Source: Lytechinus pictus (Eukaryota). Taken from it: a DNA stretch of 64,000 nucleotides. The notes under the pieces were generated by a model. The model made no database searches. It was not told the origin of the DNA and saw nothing but the letters and a program-made list of their open reading frames with translations. The translations under genes were made by a program, and so were the position numbers. Where the stretch lies: contig NC_087245.1 in NCBI RefSeq assembly GCF_037042905.1, positions 6,140,001 through 6,204,000 of the forward strand, in the 5' to 3' direction. Shown here piece by piece: positions 38,490 to 53,944 of this stretch (position 1 is its first letter; the number at the start of each line of letters is the position of its first letter).

Positions 38490-41400
38490 GGATGGATGGA
38501 TGGATGGATGGATCAATTTTAACAGAATAAGGTAGATATAAGAGGAAAAACTACAACATTGAAATATTTTTCATCGACATAAAATCTTTCTCGGAATGCG
38601 TTATATTCCGGTAACGCATTCCATTTTAAGTACTGCCGAGACTTCATAAGATAGGATGTTATTACCGTTTGTCTTGCAGATATGAAAGAAGAAAGAAACA
38701 AATTGATGCAGGAAGTATTTCCAGAGCTTCGACGGTATTGTCAACAGAGGCAGCTTGAGTTTGAAGTGGTTGATATGAGATGGGGTGTACGAGATAGTGC
38801 CACAGCAGATCACCTGACATCGTTCCTATGCCTTAATGAAATTGACAGGTGTAAACGTATGTCTCAGGGACCTTACTTCGTGGTAAGATTGGTTATTGGC
38901 TCATGTGCTAGGCTAACCCAGGACTATGGACAAACAGATCTATTGCAGTTTTTAATTTCACACAATGATACAATCACTTGAGAAAATTTCAAGGTTTTAA
39001 TACAACTGATTTTCGAACATAATTCATAGAAGTCAATGAAATATTCAATACTATATATCAAATCACGCAAAATAAGGCAAATATTATGTTCTTGGTCTAA
39101 GTTAATCAATTCAGCTTTAAAAAGCGCGGAATTACTTTGTCTTTGGTAATCAATTATTCACTTTGATAAACTTAACTCATCATACATCCACTATGCAACG
39201 AAGGTGGTATAGGACCTATGATAACCGATTACATTGACAAAACAAGGAGGCAAAGCGCTACCGCTTCAAATCCCCTTTCTCCATTTCTCTCTTCTCGAAG
39301 GTTTACCTTGATATAACCATAACCATTTCCTTAAAATTGAGCATATTCATGAAAGTTCTGGAGAAATATCGTTAATTCTCAAAAACTTGTCGAATTTGCA
39401 CAGGGTTTTCTTGGAAACAAGTATGGCTACCGACCATTGAAATCAACCATTCAATCACGGATCTTTAAGAAGCTCATGACAATCATATCACAAAACGATC
39501 GCATAACCCAAGACGACATCAATCTTCTGAAGATGTGGTATGCAGAGGATGCAAACGCCATTCCTCCTGTATACGCACTTCGACCTATCACAGCACTTCT
39601 TCCACATTTCCACAACAAGAGTGAACCAGACAAAGAGGGGCAGGCAAGGAGAACCTGGTGGGAAATGTATACCAAGATGAGGAATGTCTTTGACGAATTT
39701 GCCAGATCGTCAGCAGCGAGGGAAGTTTACAGCGAACAGGAAATCCATTCCTTCGTCATGTCAGGTAATTTCAGGTTCTAAAAAATACACGTATTGATGT
39801 TGGGGTTTTGAAATGTGGTATATGTACTTTGAAACAATTCACATACCTTTAGTTACCATGTCCTACTTGATATGTCTATGAAGACCTCATGATCCATCTC
39901 CTAAGCATACCTTTATAGACCAGTTTAGAATGTCATGAACAAGTTTTCTCAAGATATTACGTAAACAAGTATGACATAGCAGGATGCAGAAATTACATAG
40001 ACCAGGTGACTAAAGTAGCACATAAACGAACATCATTTAAGGGGGTATTTGTTGCATTTTTACTTTGAAAATTAAAATCTATATTTTATAGTTCTAAAAA
40101 GAAATATAAAATAGAAATACTCCAAATACTCGTTTTGCCCATTTGATAGTGGGACCGGCAGTCACTAGCTGTGTAGCGCCATATCGATAGGCTGAAAATT
40201 CTATGGTTTGAAGAGATAAATAACAATGAGACAAATAAAACACTGACAATTTTATAAAAATCGGACAAGGAATAACAAAGTGTGACAATATAAAACTTTG
40301 TATTATTTTGGTGAAGCAGTTCTATGTATGTCTAAAAAAAATTAAATGAGCAAATCGATGATGTCATATCCCACTTGCTATTTTTTATTTTATTATATGA
40401 AAAGATGTTTATTCAATTTATTTCCTCCAATGCATATTCATTGCTGTAACTTACTTTAATATAAGGGAGACATATCATATACACATGTATGAATATATCA
40501 AATGATTATGATTTCATAAGTTAAACAGCAGTCACTATTTAATGCATTGCTTTCCAGTGGATCTAATAAAACAAAATTTAAAAGAATAACCAAAAATTCA
40601 ATTTGATGTTTATCTCATTGATTATGAAACCATCATTCAATATGAGTACAAATTACCTTCTTCTGAAGCATAAAAAATTATTCTATTCTGGTCTACTCCT
40701 TTCGTGTTAATGCCCGTAATCCCTCTTTGAATTAAAATGTCTACTTCATTTTTCCATTTGTGATTATGTTCAGTTACGGAAGAGGAAATAAGACATGCCC
40801 TGAAAGACAACACAAACATTCAAGATACATGTTTGTTCTTTATACGAGATTTTCAGAATCTTGTTCCTTCTAGAGAAAATAGAGGTTTAGTTGCAGACTA
40901 TGCTGACGTGGAAATGATAAAGTGAGTATCGCTCATCTACATTTTGTATTAAGTCATTCATTCTTCTAAAGTACCAATGTGTACAACATATTCTGGTTTA
41001 GAGGGGGAGTCCAAGGACAAATTTAAATCAACGGAATAATTCTAAACAACATGAATAAGTGATTACTTTTTCCATGTGTATTTGAATACTTGCTTAAATC
41101 TGCTAGAGTTTGAATATAAGTTTCTCCTTTATTTGGGATGGCTTTCTGGTCTAAAACTTCAATCCTTTCTCGAGAACGTAGGGAAAGTTTTGTCCTGGAT
41201 AAAATTCATTCAATTTTTTTTTTTCGTCTTCAAGGGATGGAGGTGATGTCCAATTCAACAGGTTTCCTCAAGATAAACTCTCCACATTGAAGGCAAAATA
41301 CATTCCAAGTGTAGTCCCATCTGATTCAGTCATGAAGTACAATATACCCTGGACCGAGAAGGGTTTAAACCCAACAGATTGTAAGGAGCATATAGAGTAT

Positions 41401-44400
41401 CTGAACGACATGTGCAAAGTCTTTGAAAAGCGGATGAAGGATATGATAGAGAAGAGCCTGCAGGATCGAAAGATGTTTACTAGAGATTTACTCCAGATAA
41501 ACATGTACAAAGAACTTCTACACCATTCATCCTTCTGTAAAATCAAATACAGGTTGGTATAGCCCCGGCCCTTGCTCTTTAGCTGAAAGCATATGTAACT
41601 AATTAAACATAGAAATTCTGAGTGCATATAATAATTCAATCAGAAAGTATTTGGTATTGAATTAAGACTGTGTTCAGAAATGTTGCAACATATTATGTAA
41701 GGGTACATGTTGGTATGGGTAAAAGTAATTGGGTATTTACACAAATTCAACATTTATATATTAATATCTGGGACAGGCCTAGCTTGACCGACCAGACAGG
41801 GTCCGAAAAAAATGAAACATGAATCGGGGCTCGAACTTCAGACCTCTCAACAAGTTTGCAACTTCCACGCGTAGCTAGCTCGTGTCTGGAGAATGACATG
41901 CAAATGATGGGCTGATTTTCATTACCTTTTATATACTGCAGCACATTTCAAGGACGAGAGGATTTGATGGGTTCAATCCAGGCTTGCCTTACAGCTAATC
42001 TTGGAAGGCCATTGGTTATTCATGGTGTGTCCGGATCAGGAAAGACCTCTATCATGGCAATGGTAGCCAAACACAGCAAAGAATTCTTTGGAAGAAATTG
42101 CGTGACAGTTCTACGATTCCTTGGAACGTCAGTACAGACATCTTCAATACACATGACCCTTCAAAGCATATGTAGACAGGTAGCTGACTCATCTGAAATT
42201 AAACGTTTAACAAGCTTTTTTTTCATTTCCGTTACTCATTGAAAGCTACTTAAAGCATTGGAGTCATTCAACCCACGAAGTATTCACATTTGCTTCTATA
42301 ATATTGATAATTATGTCCGAAGTATTTCTTGTATTCTTAAGGGCATGGATTTCATAACCATATAATTATTTTTCATTTACTTCAATCGCACTGAAAACCT
42401 CTCTGAACCACCAGAACAAAGTCTTTTCATAAATAGCATGGGAAAGATCCAGTGTATAACTCACACAATCTTATACAAAGAATAAAATATTCGAATCCAT
42501 CCAGAGCAACTGTAATTAGTGTGATAGTTGATTAATATACCCAGTGGATATTTCATGGATTCTTCTTATTTATTTTATCTAGATCTGCATTGCATATGGA
42601 GTGGAGCAACCTGCAGATGATCACCTGGATGATTTCTCAGAAACAGTTCAGACATTCAACAACTTGATCAGAACAGTTCCATCCAAAGAAAGGTCTCTTC
42701 TATTACTCCTAGATAGCATTGACCAACTGGCTTCCAATAATAATGCTCATATGATGAACTGGTTACCCAAACACCTCCATGAAAACACCCATATTGTTGT
42801 CTCCATGCTTGAAGAAGAGCACCAATGCCTTAAAAATATCAAAGTGGCTTTGAAGGATAACAGATGCTACATTAAAATGGACCCTTTGGAAAAAGATAAT
42901 GGTCTTGCAATCATGAAGAGTTTGCTAAAGAGCAGAGACAGAACACTGACGCGTGAGCAAGTCGACATTGTGACAGATGCCTTCATAAAATGTCCTCAGC
43001 CCTTGTTCTTGAAACTGTTGTTTGAAGAATTTGTGAGCTGGCCATCTTTCAAGAAGATAGAAGAGATAAATCTTCCTGGTAATATTTCTGAAGCTATCTT
43101 GTCCTTGTTCAAAGATCTAGAAGATCGACATGGAAGACTCTTTGTAGCCCATGCTCTTGGTTATCTGACAGCAGGAAAGAGTGGTCTGACAGAAGCAGAG
43201 ATAGAAGACGTCCTTTCGTGTGATGACAAAGTCCTCAATGATGTCTATCAGTACTGGGATCCTCCTGATGAAGACATTGTTCGAATTCCTCCATCTCTGT
43301 GGAAGAGGTTACGTCTGGACATCGACGAATTCATTACTGAACGTCAAGCAGGTGGAAAGACTGTGCTTGCTTGGTATCACCGACAGTTCATTGAAACTGC
43401 TCAGAAAATGTATCTTGGCGACCCTTATACCAATGTAGTTAGGCACCAGCTACTTGCTGACATGTTTAGGGGAGAGTATAGTGATGGTGCTATCAAACCA
43501 ATTACACTACATGGTCGTAAGAAGGAATTCAGAAAGGCTGATCGCCAAGCAGCAGCTCAACCACTAATGTTCGGAGACGATGTTTTCAATTTGCGCAAGT
43601 TGCAAGAACTTCCATATCACCTCATGCAATGTACACCTGTAGATTGCTTTCCAAATGGTTTGATTAAGTACGTGATGTACAACTATGAATGGATTTTAGC
43701 CAAGTTGAGAGCTTTAAGTTTCATAGAGCTTGTAGATGACTTCATGCAGTATGATGACGAGAGCGCTCTTCTGATAGATGCACTTTACCTCTCGGGGAGC
43801 AATATCAAGGAGGACCCGTTTGCATTGGCAGGCCAGTTAATTGGTCGATTGACTGACTTCGTGGATGTATATCCAAATATTGGAAGACTTCTTCAAGAAG
43901 CCAAGTCCTGGATGCAAACAACTACTCTGTCTCTCATAATTCCCAGAGGTGCATGTCTTATCCCTCCTGGAGGGCAGTTAAAAGCATCTCTTGCAGGTCA
44001 TCCAAATAGAGTCGAGGCCATTCGATATGCATGTTCTGTAGGCATGCTTGTAACCATCTGTAACGATAATGATGGACAACCAATGGCAAATGTATGGGAT
44101 GAACCAAAGATAGAACTCATTCACACCCTCGAGATAAAAGCTAAGCAAAAAGCTTCAGGTAAATTGACACTCGTTCTGAGCCCTGATGAGAAACATGTTG
44201 TCTTTGGTTGTCAAGTGCTTGGTGTGTTCGCACTTTCTAGTGGGTCACTGGTTTGCAAGTTGGAAACTGGAAAGAACCATGCTATCAGCTCATGCACGAT
44301 ACAAGAAGATGGGTGTCATGCTGTAGCTGGTGCAGAAAAGGGCACAAATGTGTACTTGTGGGATTTGAGAAATGGGCAACTCCTGATGAGCTTGAATCAT

Positions 44401-47400
44401 CCTGCAGCTGTTCATTTTACCTTTTTCGAAGGCAATTCTGAGATTCTGTCCGTCTGTCAAGATGGCCGTATCAGACGATGGTCAATCGATACCAAGGACT
44501 GCATTCACTGTTTTGAGGTCCATAGGGCTGGTGATATCAGGGAAGCAACTCGCTCAGCAATGAATAAGACCATGATCACGGGAAGTTACGATGGAACTAT
44601 CAAGATATCAAGCTATCTCCATGAAGAACACAATTCAAGCATAACACTCAAAGCACACAAGAAAGCCATATCATGCCTCTTGATTTTGTCAGAAAACCGA
44701 CTTGCTTCTGGTTCTGGAGACTCTGTTGTTTACATCTGGGATATGGTGACAGGAATGGCGATATTGTCCTTCAAAGGTTAGTCGTAATTTTGTAGTCAAT
44801 GGTCTCTCAGAAAGCTGTAAACCTTTAGATTTCTGCGTTTTGAGATAAATCTTCTGTTACAGTAGGTACATTGAAATAAATATTATGTTAAAGTAGGTGC
44901 ATCTACTTTATAACATGCAAAATGTTATATGGAAATTAAATTATTATTAAGGAGTACGTTTAGAGGTTTTCCTCAAGACTGGAGATATATCCTCTTTATT
45001 TTATACATGTAGGTCATGTTGGGATGATCACATCTCTATGGTTTGGTGAAGCTGACCAGAGTGTTGCTGACTCACGAGAGATTCTGGTAACTGGATCAAA
45101 GGATGATTGCCTGAATGTGTGGAGTCTGAACACTGACCACACTGAGAATTCTCTCATCACCTCCTTAGAAGGACATTCATCATGGATTACAGATGTAACA
45201 GGATCAAGCAGTCAGAAAATATACTCTGCATCTAATGATAAAAGTGCTAAAGTATGGGACTACAAACGAAATACGGTGAGCATGGCCTGGAAGTTGATTA
45301 GCTTTACACTAAAAAAAGAAAATATCACATCTAATCTCAGGCATTGTCGATCATTTCTCTTTCACATCACAGGTGATAAAAAGGGAGAGGCACAAAGAGC
45401 ATGCATTTGGACTTGTCTTTGGACCTGACAAATCAACAGTCATTACGAGTGGACAAGAAGGTACTGTCAAGTTCTCAAGATTCTCCGACTGCCAGGTGAT
45501 CCGCCAAGAATCTGGGTTTGCATACACTCTCTTGATAAGCAGTGATGGCAAGAAGCTCATAGGTGGAATGGTCGATGAAGGCGTGGTCCGTGTATGGGAT
45601 GTTGTTCAATCAGAGGACAGGAATAGTTCATTCGATCTTGAGGGTCATGACAAGGATGTTCTGTGTATTATCCAAGGTCATGATGACGAGATCATCACAG
45701 GGTCACTGGATACAACGGTTAAACTGTGGTCACTGGAATCAAAGTCATGTCTGAAAACACTCGAAGGTAAGTATGTGTGTCTAAAAATGTAAGGGAAATC
45801 CAACCTTAGTTACAAATAATCTGCATGAAAGAAGATATGTGAAAGCATATCAGTGAAAGGATTTTTTAAAGGTATGCCTATTTGAAAACTGAGGGCACAA
45901 AGGCTTTGTAAGTCTAAATTTGGGTGCAGATTGTGTCATGTGGTTGGGACAACTCCCCCATTTGTCGTGTCCTAATTCATCAGCAATATGTGGTTTTCTC
46001 CTAAGCACCTTTCCACCGGGGCGGTTGTACAACATAAACAGATTCTTGTTATATTCCCTTATAAAAGAAAAAATATTAATACCATAACTTTGAAAAATAT
46101 GACCATTTGAAATTTTTATTGAAACGAATTTTGAGTTTTGTTAAAATGGACGATTTTAAAAATTAATCAGAAGTCAATTTGAGGCATCTATTTTACTGAC
46201 ATAAACCTGCTTCCCTGGATATAAATCGAACAGAAGATTAATGTTGTAGTTTAATGAGTTTAATTAAGGATTTAATTACTTTTATTTCTTGACAATTTCC
46301 AAAATTTCCTAAATATGATTTATGTTTCATTTCTTAATTAAGGGCACAAAGGTTCTGTTGAAATTGTGAAAGTGACGAAGCAAGAAGCAGACACTCTGAT
46401 CCTATCAGCAGATAGTAAGGGTATGCTGAATATCTGGGAATATAAGACAGGAGAATGTCTGCTATCAGCTAAAGAGCACAGGACATCAATACGATGTCTT
46501 TCTGTATCCGATGATGGTAAGAAGTGTTTCTATTTGTTCATACTCTGGTATTATATATTTTTCCTTTCATGTCATTAGAGCAGTCTCTAACATTGCTCTG
46601 TTTGTTTAGGGGTTTGGGGGGTGTTACTAAATTTACTTCTGAGGTACATTTAATACTTGTTTGTATTGTGACAAAACATTATTAGCAGTACCCTAGAAAG
46701 AAAAAAATGACACAACAAATATTATGCAAATAATACATATTGAGAGCATTATACATATTTACATGTGCAAGGTACCTTTAGAATATTTCTAAGTAGTCCA
46801 GATTGGAATTTGATGTGTAAAGGCTCTCTTTCCCAAAGCTAACATTCAGTAGAGGTATCCGGACTCCAAGTCCTTAAAGGACAAGTCCACCCCAACTACA
46901 AGTTGATTTGAATAAAAAGAAAAAATCCAACAAGCATAACACTGAGCATTTCATCAAAATTGGATGTAAAATAAGAAAGTAATAACATTTGAAGTTTTGT
47001 TTAATTTCACAAAACAGTTGTACATCCTGGGACCTGTTGCATAAAAGTTACTACTATAGTAACTTTGCGATCCAATGGTAACTAACATGGTAACATGCCC
47101 CAACAGCCAATCAGAATCAAGGATTTTATGAAAGTTACCACTAGACGGCGAAGTTATCATAATGGTATTTATTATGCAATGGGGCTTTGGACGGTATGCA
47201 AATGAGGGGACTTATGACATCACTAACTTTTTTTTTCTTTATATTTCATAATAACTTTATGAAATATGGAACATTATAATTTTATACTCATTGTTCTAAC
47301 ATAGCTGAGGAAATTAGTACTGCTTGAAATTTAACAAGTATTTGTAATTTTCTAATGCTTGAGAAAAGTGATGTTTATTATATGTTTAAAAATAAAGTGG

Positions 47401-48836
47401 TTTGGATCCCTATTATCTGACAAATCATCCTTATCTCAAACCATGAATAGTCAATAGACCTGGGAGTGTTTCACAAAGATTTAAGTATGACTTAGAGTCG
47501 CACTTAAATGCATAATTGCGTGCTTCAAAGGCATTACCGCATTGGTCAGATCATGCGAAGAGGACACACACTACTGCGTATTGATCAAGAAGATTGCGCG
47601 TTGCATTTCAGATATGTGTCGGCATTTAAGTGCGATTTAAGTCATACTTAAATATTTGTGAAACAAAGGTCATTGGTACCAGTCATAGGCAAATTTTCAT
47701 GTCAGCTGAAATATATGACTGGTCACATGGTTAAAAATCAACCAATTATCAGGATATTTATCAACATTTTATGATATATGCTACCTCTAAAGAAACAAAC
47801 TACATGTTACAATATAATTTCCCTTTAATAAAACTTTAAATATATCTGCATGTACGATTGTCTTCCTAGCTAAGCCCCATATTCAATTTCACAAGAGTGG
47901 AGAAAAGTCAGAGCTTTATAGCTTTATAATGAGTTGTATATGTATTTTAAAGAGTATACTTGGATATCATCTCCGCAGGTAAATATGCGGTCACAGGAGG
48001 AAATGACAAGAAGGCCCTACTCTGGTCATTGGATTCGTCTGACGGTTCTTTTGGTAAGGTGCTACAACGTTTGGCAGTACATACATCAGAGGTAACGTGT
48101 GCTATCTTCATGCACGATGGTAGAAGGATTATCACAGCTTCACATTCAGGAAGTAAACAGCTCTATATGTGGAATATATCAGGAGATGAAACAGACCAAC
48201 AGTAAGTAATCTGTCTTTCTTTCTTAAACTACAAACTTCATCCTTTATTCTTCTTCCTTCGAGTGTCCAACCCTACATTCACTTTTTTCATTTAATCAAA
48301 TTCCCCAAACAAATATATATCAATGTCAAATATGGGCGTTTCTTAATCTAGAGGGGAAATGAAAAAAAAGATATTCATGGTGTCGTGTGTACAGAGTGGG
48401 AGTTGGCCACTTTAAATTGGTGCCTAGTGATTAGCTATAATTATAGAGCTCAACTTCAGTGACATTAAAGTCAATTACAATGCCAAGTGGTCTCAACTTT
48501 CAGTTAACAATGACAGATCTTTGTTTTACTCTCGATCTTGTTAGTTTCATCTATGGACATTCCCACGCAATCCTAGATATGCATATATCAGCAAACGATT
48601 GTTACTTGGTTACAGCATCCCGTGACTGCACCGTCAAGGCTTGGCATCTTCCATCCCGACAGTTGATGGCGTCCTTTGACTGCAAATCAGCGATAAAGCA
48701 CATAGATGTGGTTTACATCAATGAAGATCACTACCGTATAGCAGGAGAAAACAAAACTGGAACTATTCTCCTACTGGATCTGTTTCTCCCAAAAGCAGAC
48801 AGGTCTGAAGCCTACTATCAATCACAAGTAATGTAA
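36764..48836 (+). CDS. NACHT and WD40-repeat protein, NWD1/NWD2-like (DUF4062-like N-terminus, NACHT/STAND ATPase, WD40 repeats), 12 exons, 1644 aa
   Basis: Exons 36764-36890, 38680-38882, 39404-39764, 40774-40921, 41235-41552, 41942-42179, 42583-44776, 45013-45275, 45373-45766, 46343-46516, 47979-48201 and 48545-48836. All are GT-AG and phase compatible (4935 nt). Motifs VRIFLSSTFTDM..ERN, VVDMRWGV, LGNKYGYRP, Walker A GVSGSGKT, Walker B LLLLDSIDQL, WYHRQF, RKLQELPYHL and GH...WD repeats. Confidence 0.93.
37203..37275. repeat. (TA)n/(TG)n microsatellite
   Basis: Direct inspection. Confidence 0.85.
38420..38513. repeat. (GATA)n/(GGAT)n microsatellite
   Basis: Direct inspection. Confidence 0.9.
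46878..47290. mobile_element. Kolobok-like MITE relic with a nested small MITE (about 47028-47185); related inverted relic at about 57290-57826
   Basis: TTAA-AGGACAAGTCCACCCCAAC start. The nested element has TTGCATAAAAG ... TTATGCAA ends. Confidence 0.45.
47459..47665. mobile_element. MITE
   Basis: TGTTTCACAAAGATTTAAGTATGACTTA ... TAAGTCATACTTAAATATTTGTGAAACA inverted ends. Confidence 0.7.
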
Positions 48837-48945
48837 TGAAATATGTTCATAGACCACCTTATATTAATATTTGTATACATATATAATATCTAAAAGCATA
48901 TTATGCTTTTAGATTTCTGTGATACATTACAACAAATTTAATTAA

Positions 48946-49527
48946 AGGGATGGTCCGGGCTGAAAGTATTTATAGCTTAATAAATAGAGTAGAATTCACT
49001 GAGCAAAATGCTGAAAATTTCATCGAAATTGGATAACAAATAACAAAGTTATTGAATTTTAAAGTTTAACAATATTTTGTGAAAACAGTCGTCATGAATA
49101 TTCAGTAGGTGGACTGATGATGTCACATCTCCACTTGTTCTTTTGTATTTTATTATATGAAATTAGGTATATTCAAATTTTTTCCTCCAAGAACTAGAAA
49201 AATTGGATTGACAACTGATTTAGTGCATTAGACATTTATTGCTGCAACTTATTTCATTATAAGGGAGACATATTATTCACACAAGTATGAAATAATGAAA
49301 AAATTATGATTTTATGTAATAACATAAGAAAACGGAAAGTGGAGATGTGACGTCATCAGCCCACCTAATGAATATTCATGACGACTGTTTTCACAAAATA
49401 TTGCTAAACTTTAAACTTCAATAACTTTATTATTTGTTAGCCGATTTTGATGAAATTTTCGGCATTTTGCTCAGTGAATTCTACTCTATGTATTAAGATA
49501 AAAATATTTTCAGCCCGGACCACCCCT
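48946..49527. mobile_element. Kolobok-like MITE with TTAA TSD
   Basis: TTAA|AGGGATGGTCCGGGCTGAAA ... TTTCAGCCCGGACCACCCCT|TTAA with long inverted arms. Confidence 0.85.
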
Positions 49528-52031
49528 TTAATGATTGATGGAACAAGAACATCTTGATCATCTATTCATATACTGTATTCCTGTAAATTAAATGCAAACA
49601 ATAAAGGGTTACTGGATCCAAATTTAGAAAACATGTTATCAACAACAATCGCAAGAAGTCTGTGTCAAAAATAATCAAATGATGTGGCTTTAGTAGAGGA
49701 AGTGAACAGAGAAGTTGTGAAACAGGACTCTTATGCATGTAAACACTCCAGGATTGAAAAGAGAGATGGTTGATAAAATGGATAGTGAACTGATGACAAT
49801 CTTGTTCATGGGTCGTCCTAAGATAAAATGGTGCATGATAATTTCATCTTTCTCTTCAGTCAGAAGTCAGAGTATGAATGTTAGAAGCTTTAATGCACCA
49901 CTTTTTAAAAAAATCCAGAATCAATGTGTTCAAACATGAAGCTTAATTAAAACTTACACCCGCTCTGATACCAAAATGGTGGCAAAATTTGAATGAAAAA
50001 AAGTGCCATTACATCCAGGGTTTTCTACATATTACATAACTGAATAGGATTCAAAGTGGAGGTCTTATGAAACCAGCTCTTTTCAGCTGAAAAGCAGCTT
50101 TAATTACATATTTATGAAAAGCAATTACATCTTAGCTTTTTTTATCTATGATATAAGGATATGAGTACAATATACATAGGTAGTTAGAAACAAAAAGATT
50201 TTTTTTTTCAAAAACCTTGCATATGACAAAAAGTATTAGCCTGAATAAAATTCAGTTGTAGCAAGGTAATATTTAGTCATACAAATATTATTGTTCGTTG
50301 TAAACATGAATTATTAATATACTTGTAGTATACCTTTCTTGATGTCACTCATATATGGGTCAAGTCTAGAAAATAAAAGAAATACAACAGATATCAATTT
50401 CACTTCTGAATTTAATTCATTTCACAAAATATTAGAATAGATTTGGTTTACAATATCACAATGAAGGTAACACATCATTTGATCTTCTGACTCTTGCTCC
50501 TCCTCTAATATCTCTGGAGATATTAGGTGAGGGTTGTTATAGGGTTTGCAGTTTAGAATTATGTGAGGATTGGGATTAAGGTTAAGGTCAAGTAGGTTAA
50601 TGTTTGGCTTAATGTGTGAATTATCAATGGGAGGTATTGTCATAAAAGCAAATGTCACAGAACCCACAATGAAACCATGAAAGTCATTAATCATCTAGTC
50701 AATTTATTATTCTCAATTGATATTCAATATGATGATGTGATAACACTAGGATTAAATTGATGATTTATAAATAAAAGAATGGAATGTAATATGACATCAA
50801 ACACCTACACCAATCATTGTTTTTTATTCAGTCAAAACCACAAATGAATATTTTGAATACAAATACAATTGTTCACACAATATCATAGTATATTGAAATA
50901 AGAAAATACATGATAAATAACTACAAATATCAATTTGTCTGTTATCTATGTCTACATATATACAGATTATAATCCTGATTGATTAATTCTAAGCATCAAT
51001 AAAAATGTGTTGTGACAAAGATGATGATGAATTTGTATAGCAAAGCCACTGTATATTTCTACTGCACTTTGCTTACACTAAACACTTAAAATGATGATGT
51101 ACTTAATTGCTTCCCAACAAAGATGTGTCTTCAATAATGATTTGAATAATAATTAAGTATTCTGGACTCAATTTTGTTTAGATGATTTGTTATATCTGCA
51201 TGATATATTCATACCTGAGTAATTTGTTTCTTTGTTTTGTTTTGTTCATGCATGTTATATTACTATAATTATACCAGTGGGAAAAAAAATCTTTGTAATC
51301 ATGTTTATGAAGACAAAATAAAATATCTTGTACATGTAAAATAATTAGCTTTAGAACTGATTATGTACAAAGTGTCATGTTTGAGTGTGACCCTTTCCTT
51401 TGCATCTTTGTAATTTTTCAACATTAAAACACAACTGCATTACAGAAATTATCTTTTACTGCATTTGTGGCTGCTTTGTACTGCACCCCTGTCCTTTTCA
51501 TTTTCATAATTACATGTACATGTATTATTATAATACATGAGATTTACAAGAATTTACAATTTCAAGAAGATTTTAGCCTTTGACTCATTGTAAAGCCAAA
51601 TTTGTAGTTGTTTGTTCATTCTGACATATGTATAAAAATATACATATTCCCTGTTAAATTATATATTTTCCAAGATACAAGGCAAAAATTTACAAGAAAA
51701 GACTTAATCTTATCTAATTTTGACAGAGCTTGATATTATCACTACTATTGCACAAGAAATATTTTCCATTAAGTTCATGAAAGGAAATGTTCAAAATATA
51801 TAAGAGAATAAAAAATCTATGAAATATTTAAGTAGAAAACTACATGTACTTGAAAGCAAGGTAGGTAAATGATTGCAAGGTTTTTAAAGATCACATTATA
51901 TCACAATAAAATCCATTATAGAATGCAAGTGATGAAATCCAACTTGTGATTATAGAGATATTTATGAGTGCACTTGTTCAATTTCTATAAATCTACAATA
52001 CATTCATACATACTGTGAATAAACATTAGTA

Positions 52032-52362
52032 TGTACAATGACATGCACTGTACATATGACTCATCATTACCAGGAAGACAACTGATACTGCCTACATTGT
52101 GCTTTCCCTTTTTCATAATGCCCTTTAACGATAAAAGGAAACAAGTGTCACGTCAATCAAACTCTATTTACAAATATATAGCACTTAATACTTTGTTTTC
52201 AGAGCTCTTTACACTGCAATTATTATATACAGTGATACATTTTTGTACAATGAAATGCTCTGTATGTATGACTCATCATTACCAGAAAGACAACTGAAAC
52301 TGCGTACATTGTATTTGTCTTGTTTCATAATGCCCTTTAAGTACAAAAGGAAACAAGTGACA
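52032..52362. repeat. Diverged direct repeat of about 120 bp (offset 212)
   Basis: TGTACAATGA...ATGACTCATCATTACCAG...AAAAGGAAACAAGTG at 52032 and 52244. Confidence 0.7.
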
Positions 52363-53944
52363 AGCTTAAGTCAATTAAACTATGTACAAGTATCCATATT
52401 TTTGATATTCTACTTAATGTGCTTTTCTTCTGGGCAAAAATTAATCCACTGATACTCTTCCAGAGAAGAGATATGCTGGTCAAGATGAGGTATTTAAATG
52501 ATATCAGTATAGACAAAAGACACATTCTGAACTTTTAGAAAAAATGTCACTTGTCACTTGCTATGTTTTTGTTGTTATAGGGGTGCATGTTACATGTAAG
52601 TAGGAAATATCACAGAGATAACATAGGTCCTTGAACATGATATCAGATACAAGTCCCAAGTACAGGAGAATAACGAAACTATTCGTTGTACAAGAGATGT
52701 GGAAAACTCAAGGGTGGCACTCCACCTACATATTCATACCAATCTTCTATTTTGAGAAGATAGAATGATTTGATATGTTCATATTCAAAAGTAATTCTTC
52801 ACTGGATTATTTAATTGCTAAGGTAGTATTCCAAAAACAATACATTTCTAAATATGTCAATGTAGACGTCTGTTATTTTACAACATTTCTCAAAATCAAA
52901 GAAATTGACATTTTCTTTTTGATTTGTTTATTTACAAATGTACAAACACATGTAAATGTATCTTGATATTATTGTGTTTTTAAATTTTTAATAATGATAA
53001 TAATAATAATGATATTATTATTATTCTTTATGTGTGTCTGGCATCATTTATACATGACCATGTATGGATTAAAAATAAATAAAACATGCATCAATGACAT
53101 TACAACATATTATACATGTATCTCTGGTTCATTTCTAAGAATACACTGTTCATTTATATTACACACACAACCACTATACATGTAATCATACTTCCTGCAG
53201 TACAAGACTGAACTGGTACGAATGTTCACCCTGTATAAATGGAAACTTTATCATAAAATCATTTGAATACATTATGCAATCATAGAATGTGACAAAGAGA
53301 AAGAGAAACATTTTCATAACAAATGCACAAAACTTTAGATGTGAAAGACAGTGAAATTGATAATAAAAATGAAAATTGCAGTACTAAGCACATCGAAACA
53401 TGAAGCATCGTTTTGGCATTCTTTCAAACACATGCATTAAGATATTCAAGAAGTTTTGGACGGATCTCAAGCATATTTCACTCACAATATAATGGAACAC
53501 TACTAGAATATTATTGCAGCAATCTCTTCATATATATCCCTATCTCGTACAAGTATGATTTACATTCAAGAAGATTCCTCATACGGTTCAAATGAAATGA
53601 TTTAAATGCATAGTTCATTGCACACATCCAATGAATCATGCATATTGGTACAAAATACAACCCCAAAAGTACAATTCTTTGATCCCTTTCTTTTCAATGA
53701 TAAAGGAATATGGCATAAGGCCCACCACAAATGACTTACCTTTCTTTGCTAAATTGTTTGACCTGCAGCAAAATGAATGAAGAAATGACGAAGACGAATT
53801 CATATTCATAAATACCATTGAATTCTCGCACAAAACCTTCATGGAGAAGGCTACATGACATATCTTCATTTCTTCTCATTTCAGCTCCTGTTGGATTTCT
53901 TTGATGCTAGGCTGTTAGACCCTTTCTCTTGCTGCGTCCAACAG

